Shown one piece after another: positions 31,141 through 43,004 of a stretch of 64,000 bases of DNA. The first letter of the stretch is position 1, and every line of letters begins with the position of its first letter. Origin of the DNA: Zygnema circumcarinatum SAG 698-1b (Eukaryota; Plantae; Zygnematophyceae); assembly GCA_037447605.1 (NCBI GenBank), contig CM074813.1, forward strand, positions 3,224,272-3,288,271, given 5' to 3'. Below the pieces are notes generated by a model. That model had not been told where the DNA came from and did no database searches. It worked only from the letters and a program-made list of their open reading frames with translations. The translations under genes were made by a program, and so were the position numbers.

Positions 31141-31790
31141 CGCACGCATAACATCGCATCGGCCGCAGTGACGTGACGTGACGGCCGGCAGGCCCGGCGA
31201 GCAATTCAACGCGCCAGAGCCGCCGCCGGCCCCCTCCGCCCGCTACGATACGCCTGCGATGTGGCGATACTGTATCCGAAAAAATGACTTGCAAAAATGT
31301 TTCCCCGCGCCAACCGTACGGCGCGCCCGTCCACCCGCCTCGCCGGGAGGCCCGCCCGCCTGCCGCTGCCGCGTTTTGCTGACGCCCGCCCCTGCCACTG
31401 CCCCCGTCCCCGCCCGCGTCCCGGCCCCCGGGAGGGACCCGGGCTCGCCGGTACCGTACGGCTCTCGCCGAATGTCTTCCTTCCGCACTAAACGACAAAA
31501 AGAGGAAAGCCTCCGAACAAAAGTACAAAAGTGCGAATTCTTAGCGGCGCAGGAGTGGACGCGTGGCGCACTCCGTTTGCGGCAGCGCCAGAGCGGCGCC
31601 CAAGAGAGGCGGCGGGGCAGGGCCGCAGGGCAGGGCAGAGCGAAGCGCACCGTATCGTACCGTACCATACCGTACCAAAAGTCCGGACCCTTCCCGCGCG
31701 CCCTCCGGACCCTCCCTCCCCGCGCGAGCGGGCGGGCGGGTGGCCGGCCGAGGCGCGCGTGGTCTCTCCTCCCACCAGAACGCGCAAGAT

Positions 31791-31883
31791 GAGCTGGAAC
31801 TGGAACTGGAACTGGAGCTGGAGCTGGAACTGGAACTGGAACTGGAGCTGGAGCTGGAACTGGAACTGGATCTGGAACTGGAA
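31791..31883. repeat. (GGAACT/GGAGCT)n hexamer microsatellite
   Basis: About 15 units seen directly. Confidence 0.95.
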
Positions 31884-32984
31884 TAGAAATGGGGGAGGCG
31901 TAGCGGCTTCCTTTCCGTGTCGTTGATGCGGCGAGGGGGGCAGCCACAGTGTGGGGGTAGCGTCCAGCGAGGGGCAAAGCGAGGGCGCGAGCGAAAGGCG
32001 GTGAAGCGGCCCTAAAAATCGCCACCGTCGGCGGCGTTGCGTGGGCTGCCGAAGGAGGAGTTGCGTTAGTAGCTAGCGAACTTTCGCTCTAACTTTTCTT
32101 TTCTCACGAGATCCTTTGCGATGGGTTAAATTCGTAGTTCCCCATGATGGTTTTGTCCATGTACATTTGATGGCATCGCCATCGTGAGATCAACGCCACA
32201 TCCTCGTACAGTCAACAGTCCTCATATTTTCGCCATGGTTTTGGCAAATATGAGGCGAAAATATTGATTTTTGCAAATAGAAGGTTCGTGTTACCAATAG
32301 ACGGGCGGTATCATGTTAGAGTTCATGGACCGTGCGTATTATGCGTCGCCGTCTGAAGTATCGTATGGAAATCTACTGTGTCGCCCGATTATGTTATGTG
32401 TAGGTAATGGTAATAGAGTCTAGAAGGAGGAAGAGGAAGCGGCCTTCTTACGACTTGCGTCTTGGGGGTCGGTGAGTTTTTCTTTGAAGCCGATACGGTA
32501 GAAGTCCTCCACCAGTTCAGGAACCAAAATGGTGAAAATATTAAATTTGCATATATAAGGTTCGTGTTACGAATAGGCGGTATTATGTTAGAGTTCATGT
32601 TAGACACGTGCGTATCGTACCGTATATCGTGCCGTATCGTATTGTATCATTTAGCATCGTATCGTATCGTGAAATATCGTGACGCATATACTGTTATATA
32701 CTTACATACTGTCGTCATCCAACCATCGAGGAGTTTGATGATGCGTATACGTATCTCGTATCGTGTCAATTCAAGAAGGCAGGGGAGAAGAAGCGGCGCC
32801 CAGCCTCTTCTGGCGGCGAGGGAGATGGAGATGCGTTTTGCGTAAGCGTAGCAGGCCCGAGTGCAGAGATGATGCCGAGGGCGATGCAGGCGGTCTGATG
32901 CGAGCGATGCGGCTAACACAGGATGCAGAGTACAAAAAGTGATTCGGCAAAATTGGGGCGAAAATATTGAAGGGGCGCTTAACT

Positions 32985-35900
32985 TGTAAATGCTTGAATT
33001 GCTTCGACGGATCGCTGTCCGTTCGGTTGTACTTTACCATATTCTGACCGATTATCACGACGGCACGATCCGAATTCTTGAAGCGAAAATCTTGAGAAGC
33101 GTGTGTTGGCGGCCCGCGGGCAACACACCATCGGTGGCTCGAGCCAGTAAAATACCCTTAGGTGTCATCAATTGACCTATCAGAAGGCTCAGCGATCGGT
33201 CAATTTCGATTAGGCGGGTTATTGTCGAGGGGCTGTCGGTACTAAGGCTCAAGATCTATTGTCGGCTAAGTAGATGGGATGTCGATGATGCTAGTTTGTC
33301 TTTTAGTCTTTGGGCTTAGTATTTGTATTTCTTTGTGTGGTTTGTTGTCTTGTTCTTCTCTTCTTCCTCTTCAGTTCCAGCAACAGAGGCTAAGTGTGTG
33401 AGAGAGAGAGAGTTCCATGCCGTAGATAGAGAGATGAGAAAAGTCTTAGCACAGCGATGGCGTTTAGGCGTCCGTTCAATAGGTGAATTTTGTTGGTGTA
33501 AGGGGCCGACAAGAAAAGGAAGAGCGCAAGGAAAAGGGCAACACTTTATGCCACGGGTATCCCGAGCTTCGAGAACTTTTCTTTTTCTTCTCACGGGCCA
33601 TGCGATATGCCTTCTCGTCCACCTTTCTTGCCGAGATGCGCCGTACCCGCCTCGACAAGTCGCGTAGCCGTCTCCTCCGTGGTCACCGGCTCCTCAACTC
33701 CCGGCGGCTCTCAGTAGTCTCTGCGTGTCGGAGCAACACGCGCCCACATCTGATGAGCCTCCACCCGCGCCAGTGACCGCGAGGGGGCTGCATGACGAAT
33801 AATCTGATAGTAAGGAGAAAGCCCACGGCCTAAAACTCCAGCAAACTTCATGAGTGTAATACAAGCTCTTGAGGAAATCTACATAGATCCCTTATGCTAG
33901 ATTCTCTCCTCCTCTCATAAACGCTATCTATCCTCTCATAGATAGCCTACACCCCAGCTACTTGATGTAAGCAACACTACGCCTCCATGAACTCCTCTAC
34001 CTCAACATGAGGGACACACCATCTCTAACTTCTTCACTAAGGCTTGCATGATGAGAGGCCCCGGATTCCTTCCGACCTTCGCCTGAGGCGGACTCCTTTC
34101 GGCCTACGCACTGCTCTTCCTTTCTGACAGCGATTGACGGCATAGCGTTGAGGAGAGTGGTGAGTGAGAGAGAGCCAAGCTTGCTCACTCTTGAAGCTAT
34201 GGCGCATTGCGGCGTGACGTGACACCCACGATGTCCGTCCGCGGTACCTTATGGCGCGTGCAGCGGCCCATTTCGCATTCCAGCGGCCACGGCGTTCTCC
34301 GTAAACTACGCCGGCGCGACCCTACGCCAGGTGCGTCGGTGCTGACCGTACTTAGGCATTACCGTCCGCCGCCCGGCCGTACATATCGCCGCCCAGCCCA
34401 GTCTTTGGCTGGTCCCGCTACCGATTGACCTAAAGTCGAGCGGCGGACCTGTAGAGGTCCAAGCGGTGCGCAGCGTCGCGCCTCCTGTTAGCCGTGGCAT
34501 CTCCAATCTCTTGGCCAAACACGATAAGTATGGCGCGAAGGCGCATCATTATCTGCTTGTGGCCCCGGCGCGACCAATCATGTAAACGTGCGGTCGCTAC
34601 CGGCGTGATATCTTGGCGTCCCATACGTTTGGCGTGTCCGGAAATGCGATGGCCTTTGTAGTCCCATCGACGGCTCCTTCGGTCAAACGCGTTAGGTACC
34701 GGCAATGCAGAGTCCTAAGCCTAAGCGTGAATTCGACCTAGACGCTTCCACTGCTTGCGTACCATGCCACAACGTCGGGCACCCCAGTATTCGGTCTACA
34801 CCAAACATGACCATTCATACATTGTCACATACCACCATTGATGTCGAGACGAGCATTACGTACTAGGAACTAAGTACCCGACACCTTGATGTACCACATC
34901 ATCAGCCGATTTGATGAGAAGATCCTTTCATTGTAATGAAAGTATCGGCCAACGGTACGGGGGTGACTTTCAAATACAACCTTTATGCAAGTTGAGTCAC
35001 ATTTTTCCTTCTTTGTCAACATGCCGAAATTTACCATCTTGTTACATCACGCTACGTTTCCTCCCAGCTGACCAATGATAACTAGAAGCCTAGGCCCAGA
35101 GACTGGCCAGGGGAGAAGGGGCAGGGGGAAACCCCAAGGGAGAATGCTGCGCCTCGGCCTTGGGTGGGAACATCGCCGGGATCCTACGATGCTTCCGGTA
35201 CCTGCAGTCCCCGGATCAGCTCTTTTAGCAGTGAGACCCACGGCACCAGCCCAGCCCTTCATCGATTTCGGCCTGCCGGACTCGGTGGCCGTCTGACACC
35301 TGCTGACAGCTGCGGCGATCTCCTTTTAACCCTTATCTTGGTATGGTGAAGGGTTTTGCGGATCCCAGCATTACCTTGTCACGTGGCTGGTGATCACATG
35401 ACCCATGTCGCGGCCGCCATGGATGAAGAGCACAGCAGAGGACAAGCGAGATCTTCATGGAAAGTATTGAATGTAAAGACTTGGGACCTCCAAGAAGAAC
35501 GAGCGTCCGGAAATCAAGGGGGCCGGATTGATTTCGGAAGGGAAAAGCGGTCAGAATCTTACGAAGATAAGGCATCACCGAAGACACTTATCGATGCGAC
35601 ACCTTGGCGGTCGAGTGATTGAAAGAGGCTGCCCGGCGACTCCATCTAGCGGTGAGGAAGTGGCCATAAACTTTCTTTGGCAATATACTTGGCCTTGGAT
35701 GATCAAGCGCGGTCGTATCACGGTCCTTTATTGAAGATGTCGTTGAACTGAGGTCCCAGCGCGACCCACCGGAGAGCCAGAACCCACGGGATCTCCGGTC
35801 CGGATAACCTCTTTCGCGGGGGAGTCCTTGAGCCGCAATGGCGCGCGATCCTGCGAAGGCAAAAGGGATTCCTCGAGAAGACACCCTTCCGGCGTTCACA

Positions 35901-38900
35901 ACTTACCCATCCAGCTGGCCAGGCGGCCCGAGCGAAGGCGGGGCGATCGCCCAAGGACCCTCCGGCTTTGGCACCAACACAGAGAAGCGGCGTGTGAATG
36001 CGAGTTTCTAGCAGATGGAAGAGATGATGACAATGATAGCCATGATTCACGAAAAGAGTGAGGTAAAGGGGATACCACGCGAGGAAATCATCACTAGAGG
36101 TTTCACCGACAAGCGAGAATCTGAAGCATGGGCGGGAACATCTTGAGAGAAGCGGTATAGCGGAACGAAGAGGAAGACGATGGATCAAAAGGTACTGGGT
36201 ATTTGGAAGGAGAGAGCGATCCGGAAGGTACATCCGGCCTTTCGCCCGGATGTAAATTAGAGCAGCACGACAAGGGGACGTTGAAATGACTTTGGAACAA
36301 TGGCCCGGATTTCAGATCCCGATCAACGTCTTTGGAGCCGACCCCATTTACATAAAGTCTTCTGATGAGCGGTGTTCGAATTCAGCGAGCGTTTTCGATG
36401 CGCATGGCAAATACGATCGAGCACTGACTTTCGAGGATTCTCGATGGATTCATGAGGCCGTGTGAGAAGGATCTCGCTGGATTGTGGCTGTGACAACCCA
36501 CCAGCCGGATGCCGAGGGCATTGTTAGAAGAGGCCGAGGCGAATTGAAAAGGATCGAGAGAACTTAGCAGAGCGTAATGCTGACTACATTCATGAGATCC
36601 GCGTGAGATCGGCCTACTACCCGGTGAGTTCACGAACACAAAATCGGCGGTTGTATGATCCCACACTACATCTTAAAGGAGCGGAGTCTACAAGAGCATC
36701 CACCTTTCGGGGCGTCCAGGGCAGCCCACGTAGTGCATCCATTGCTGACCAAACCCGCTTCCCACTTTCCCCGTATCCTCATGATCCTGTAGCGTCCCAT
36801 TGGCCGTCGGTGAATCCTCACATGCGTTTCCCGGAGTCGGATGCTCCGGTCCTTCTCCCCACGTCGAACGCAGAAGAGAAGCGCCCGGCCCGATTTCTTG
36901 GCCGTCGGATGGCAGGCGGGGGTTTCGGAAGAGGCGTTTGCCTTGCTGCGGCACGAATCATAATCGGCTGCGTTGTGGACCATGGACACGCACCTTACGC
37001 GGATCGCGGGACATGATGCGTGTATGCGCATCACGGGAGGCTCACCAGTGAAGGCGAAAGGGGGCATTTGCGGGGAGCTCCCTGCCGAGATCACCTTCAT
37101 GGGCGTACTCCGGCTACTCCTTCCACCAGAACTCCGGCTCCCTTTAAGCGCCTCCGCTCCGCCCGCTGGCTTACACCCGTCCTGCGGCGGCCGTGCGTCC
37201 ACGCACCCCATGGTCCCGCTGCGAAGCCAAGCGCGTTGGGTCAGTCGATCACACTCGCTCACGCACGCCACGATTACGCGGCGTGCAATGAAGCGGTCGA
37301 ATCCCCATCCCCTTGAAGAAGAGGGTTACTGAGCACGGATGCTTGGGAATTCTGGCCTTGCATGAACTCCACAGCCGACAGTGATCCTCATTCGCGTCCC
37401 ACTGCCCGTTTCTCCCACCCGATGTCGGCGGCGCCACCAATGCTTCGGCGGCGCCGGCTTTCAGCGCGGCTCGCTGATGCGCCACCCATCGGGAGAACCC
37501 CGGTCTCCCCTCCTTCCCGCGGGTCATCCACTTGGGATCCATGCACGAGGAAGCGGACGATCTCGATGAGGGAGGAGCCGGCCGGCGGCCGCGGCCGAGG
37601 CGCGGCGGCACCGACAGCAGGAAAGAAATCGCGTCTGACCCTCCCATGCGCCGAGGAAATTTCCCAGCGGCCAGGTAAATTAAGCCCCACCTCCCCAGCA
37701 GATGGCTATCCACGATTGAGCATGGATTTCATGGCCTCGTGGGAGAGCAGGCTAAGATCGGCATTACCTTGTCCGCGGTTGATGCAGTTTGGTTCCAGAA
37801 TACTTTGCCGTGAGAATCAGAAATAGGTGGCGAAGCGGTCACGGGGAGGCCACCCTGCTGACCTCAGCGGTGCTTTGCATGACCCCTCCTCGGACATCCC
37901 ACCCAGCGTGAGATATCCACCGCCATAGCCCGCGGCGCCTCGCTTCGGAACCCGGTTCCCTCGCCATCCTCTGCGCCCGGATTCATGTCTCCTACAGTCC
38001 CGACACCCAGCGATGCGAATCGACAGCCGATGTATGGCTAAGCGGTCATCCCGGCAAGGCCATGATGAGCCACGGGAGAGCTATCTTTATACCCAGTTAC
38101 ATCCAAGCCCGGTGATGGTACTGCGGGGGTTAAGTTGAACAAGGCGGCTCGAGCCATTCCCGGTATGTAGGGGTTGAGGGAATGCAGCAGAAGAGTTGGG
38201 CGGTGCCCCAAAGTGATCATCGGCCTTGGCGAGATAGAACCCGCAGTCACGGTCATCCGCGGTAGGCACTGATACATCTGTTTGAGCTGGTGGCTCATGT
38301 GATAGGAGCACAAATGAAGCTTTCTTACATGTCGGTAGCTTTATCTGCTTTGGCCCGGGGCAGAACTGCTCATACCGAGTCCTTGCCACGCCTTCCCAAG
38401 CGCCACTTGCTTGGCCCAGTCTCCCTACCGAGAGATCACCATGTACCATCGCGATTGGCAACCCCCGTGCTTTCACTATGGATGCGTGATTCGATACCAA
38501 AGGCCAGAGACTCCCCTCCCTGCACCTTGGTCCGACCCTCGTGCCTTAGGAAGACCTTTCTTGCGTAGGGATAGGCTGCACCCAACTTTCCAGCCAGCAG
38601 GGCCATCGATGATGAAGAGTGGGCTGGAGATAGAGAGTGGGAATGCGATTGGGGCAATGATGCTACCGGACAGATTAAGCATTCTCTCAACTCGCCCAGT
38701 CTTTGTAGAAATCACCTAGTTTTGTACGACATTCACTCGACATCGTGAGGGCCACTGATTGAGGCACCATGTCGTGTAAGGATGCACCTCCATGACCATG
38801 ACTCCTACACTTTCCATTTCAGCGGGCCCGATGTCGAGCAGCCAGTCGATGAAGCATTAGGCTGCTTGGGATTGATGGAACAGGAGAAGGGCCTTGGGCC

Positions 38901-41900
38901 AGCGGCCGGATTACGCCCCAATGGGATGGCACACTTTCATTCTGTGGAGACTACTCCGGAAGCGGAGCCGCCTCACGTTACGGATGTGGACTGGTCTCCA
39001 CTGGCGTCTCCCTTGAGGACCCGATGGTTCTAGAAGCCCGAACTTTATCGCGAGAAGTCCTTACAGCGAGATCCCCTGCTGACGAGGCCCGATCGGCTGA
39101 AACCTTGAGGGGAGGCCGTAGCGACCACTGGCGCTGCGTCGCGGTGGAGCCGATGCGCACTTCCCTTTAGGCTCAAGAATTCCAGCCAGACTCACCAGCG
39201 CCTGGCCAACCAGGTGTTCGGCCCCTGTCGTGCCTTCTGCGAACCTTACGTGGATGATGCTTCCCTCCACAGCAAGGATTGGTCCTCCCATCTGTAATAC
39301 ATTGACCAAGTACTGCAACAACTCATCAGTGCGCATTTGAAGATTGCTCCCAAGAACTGCAAATGGGGCCATCAAGAGATCCCTCATCTAGGACATCGTC
39401 TCCGCATCAATGGACTGAAGCCATCCCTCGACAAAATTGAAGCGATTGACCTTATCTTTGATTCCCGCGAACCTCATGACTCAAGTCTTTCTTGGGACTC
39501 ACCTCATTCTATCGCCCGGTTCATCAAGGTACATGCCACTTTGCTCCAGCACGTCCCATGCAGCAGAGAAACACGAGTCCCGCTATGAATGGAAGCGGCG
39601 CCCAAGATTTCAGCACTTCCAGTGCCACTCGCCCGAGGGCTCGCATGCGCACGAATTCGACCCCACCTGCCCGCCCCATTATTGGCGCCCGATTGGGCGA
39701 GGGCTTTAAGGCGGTGGCAGTCAAGCCTTCGGATGGGAACACCGGTCGATTATGCTAGCGGGGTTTGTTGGAAGCGAGACCAAATGCGGCTCCTGAGGGG
39801 TGAGGCCGGTATCCTGCAGGCGCGGATTCGAGAAGCTCTTTCGGCTACCGGCCATTGTCATTGATTTGACCACATGCCTCAGCAGGCGCACATTATAGGT
39901 ACCCTCGGAGCTAAGTTTGCTTGCTGATGGGTGATGAAGTTGGAGGTATAATCATGTCAGGTCGCTCCGCAGATCGTACAGTAGTCCGCGGCGATTACTA
40001 GCGGCCTCGATCCTTGTCTGAGTCGGCTCCCTCCTGCGTCACTTGTCCAGGCGTTCACGAACCCATCCCTCCGCCCCACCCTCTTGAACCACGGCGTCTT
40101 CCCATTGAGATTTTTATTGCCGTCAAGACTTTTTGCATGATGTCGTATTGGCCGGATGGAGCTGTCGATATTAGGCAGCGGCCGCCACCCTCCACGTCAT
40201 TTGGCGGGACCGCGACCGCTGAGAAAGCCACCCCGTGCGGTCAGGTAGAACTCCTCATGGATGGCGATGCGTGACTCCCTTTCTTCTCCCCATTTCCGGC
40301 CTGATAGCGTCCATTCGACTCCTCTCTTAGCGGCTACGTCATGACTTCATACTATTTGCCCACTTTTATCAGGATCTTGAGAGGGCTTTCGAGGTACGCC
40401 CGCCTTCGGAACTTCTGTCGATGATGAAGGGGCCAGGATCCTCTACTCCCCCTCAGGCCTTCACGTTCCTCCCCAGTCTGAGTGCGGGCGTCGCGCGATT
40501 CCCGACCCGGCCGGATTCCACCTTGGCGGGAAGAAGATGAATTACCACTGGCTGCGGGAGCCCAGCTAACTTATTGGCGGAAAGCACTCAAATGGCCAGC
40601 GGTGAGCGCTACATCGAAAACACGCACCCATTTGCGGCCGGCAAGCGTCTGCTTTCCCCGACCGCCAACCCCACCGGATGGGTGAGATCCCGTCTGTGGC
40701 GTCAGCGAAGGTGGAACATCGGCGCCTTTTCACATCCCATTTCGGCCTACATTTTACATTCCGGGTCTTTCCCAGCGCGTGGGCCGGATACACCAAGTGG
40801 GTGGAAGTTGGCGCGGCTTGAAGTCACAGGCATTTAGTCCACTACGCGCAGCTTCACGGCGGCCATCATTTCCGCGAATCCGCTCTCTTACTCTGTCCAC
40901 TTTTTGTGATGGCACTTAGAATCTGGTTTACTTGGCCCGATCTTGGGGCTGGCGTCGTTCACCTTACACACTTTAGCCCTCTTTCCCACTGGCGAGGAAT
41001 GAGAACTGCAGGCGATACCCATCTGGGAGCGGTCAGGATGCGTCGTTCGCTGTATGAGGCTGGTGGTGGCCTTGAGGTCATCCCCACTCCACGGTCTTCA
41101 CGTCACGACACGCTTTTGTTGGCTCATTTGGCTTCTCTCCCTACTGACTCCTGTAGCGTGGCCTCCTCTCTGCTGAGCCCCTCTTCTCGATGGCGCCTCC
41201 GGTCGGGTCGCGGCCGACTCGGCCCTCCAGCTTCCAAACCCTAGATTCCATGGCCTCCCGCCCACCTCGGCTGGCGCACCGCAGGCTGACGGCTTCATGG
41301 AACTTTGGGGAGGCCTTGAAGCCTCTCACTTATTGTCGAGGGTCGCGCCCACATCGGCTCATTTGGCTCGGGGAATCTCACTTAAGCCCGGAAACTCCAG
41401 CGGGCTTTTTACGTAGTTGGGCCTTTCATTTGTGATGAGTCAAAGATCGAGGTTAGGCCGAGGAAGGCCACGGCTCACAGGTAAACGCCCGTGGCCGTTC
41501 TGCTGGTCGGCGATGCGATACGCCCAGCGTCGGCGGTTCCTCCCATGATGGGGATCGACGACGGCGGTCTCACCATACCCCCTGCCGCCCAGCGACTCCT
41601 CATTGGTCGATTTTAATTTAGCCACTTTGCGCTTACGCCCGGCATTGCTTTATGCGTGCGTATCTTTGATTTTGAATTTGTCACCTCCTCCCTCCGCCTC
41701 CGGTCTGCCCGATACTCCCATTCACCAAGATATACGAGGGGCGGCTTCTCCCTTGCGGCCGCAGGTCATACTCCGTCAGCGTCATCATTGGCTCACTCCC
41801 TTTGTCTCTTCTTCATTAGCGCGGCGTGCTATTTCCAGGCGTATGCTACGGATGGCGTAGCGGGCCCTTCGGCGGATCGCGTCCGTTCAGTTGTACTTAC

Positions 41901-42833
41901 CATGACCGGTGTCACGGCCGGCACGATCGAGGAATTCTTGGCGGAAAATCGCGAGGAAAGCTGGCGCCATGTGTTGGCGGCCAAAGACGGCCACACCATC
42001 CGGCTAGGCGCACTTCGGGCGCCGCAAAATGCCGCCGATTGTCATCAATTGACTGTCAGAAGGCTCCGCGCTGATCGGTCGAGGCCCTTTCGATTGGAAG
42101 CGGTTATTATCGAGGGGTATCCTTCTTGGAGCTCAAGATCTATTAATGAAGCAGAAGTAGATGGGATGGTGATGCTAGTTGTCTTTTAGTCTTTGACTTG
42201 AAGTATTTGCTTCGTGGTTTTGTTGTATGCTTTGTTCTTCTCTTATTTCCTCTTCGGTTCGGCCTTGAGATGCTGCTAAGTGTGAGAGAGAGAGTTCCAT
42301 GCCATAGATAGAGAGAGAGAGTATTGCTGGCATTAGCATTTAGACGTCCCATTCAGCCCATTTAGACAAGATTTCCGATTGAAGAAGATCGCTTTCATTG
42401 TAATGACTATCTGACCAACCCATTTGGGAACTCAAAAATGCAACCTTTATCTAAGTTGAGTCATTTTTCCACTTTCTTTGTCAGCATGCCAAGCTACCAT
42501 CTTGTTATCACGCCTTCACATTCCTCCCAATGACCAATGGTAACTAGAGCCTAGGTAGAGACTATGGCCCAGGGGAGAGGACGAGGGGAGGGAGAACCCA
42601 AGGAAGGGCTCTTTCTTTATCGAGAATCCGGTGGCCGTTGGGAACATCTTGGGGATCCCCTCGTCTTAAAATTTGCTTGGCGTACCTCTGATCCGGATCA
42701 CGGCTGCATGCTGCGAGGCGGACCAGCGTACCGGCCCAACCCTTCATCGGTTTAGAGCGGACCTCGGTGGCCGAGTGCGGCCTGCAACTGGCTCATTGTC
42801 TCCTTTTAACCCCACTTATCTTGTCTTTGCACA
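32985..42833 (+). mobile_element. Degenerate Ty3/gypsy LTR retrotransposon (element A)
   Basis: Diverged direct repeats (LTRs) at ~32985-35340 (with a ~1.4-kb insertion) and ~41856-42833. The internal sequence is colinear with the minus-strand element C: gag (PLSPYPHDP at ~36770), RT (CTGGCCAACCAGGTGTTCGGCCCC...TACGTGGATGAT at ~39200-39260), then RNase H and integrase remnants. Many stops and frameshifts. Confidence 0.85.
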
Positions 42834-43004
42834 CTCCTTGGGGTGGTAATCCAATACGAGGACCCCCAGCATAACTTGTTGAATGCGGCAAGTATGTTAG
42901 AATTTAGGGTTTTAGAGATGCGAATAGTACTTGGTGAATGCGGCTAACACCAGAGTGCAGAGTAAAGGTGGTTCAGCGAAATGGGTAATTTCTTGGGGCC
43001 TTGT

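Noticed and set aside
31243-32025. 260-aa Pro/Val-rich ORF
   Set aside because: It has a GTG start, is built on a GC island plus the hexamer microsatellite, and shows no domain or splice support.
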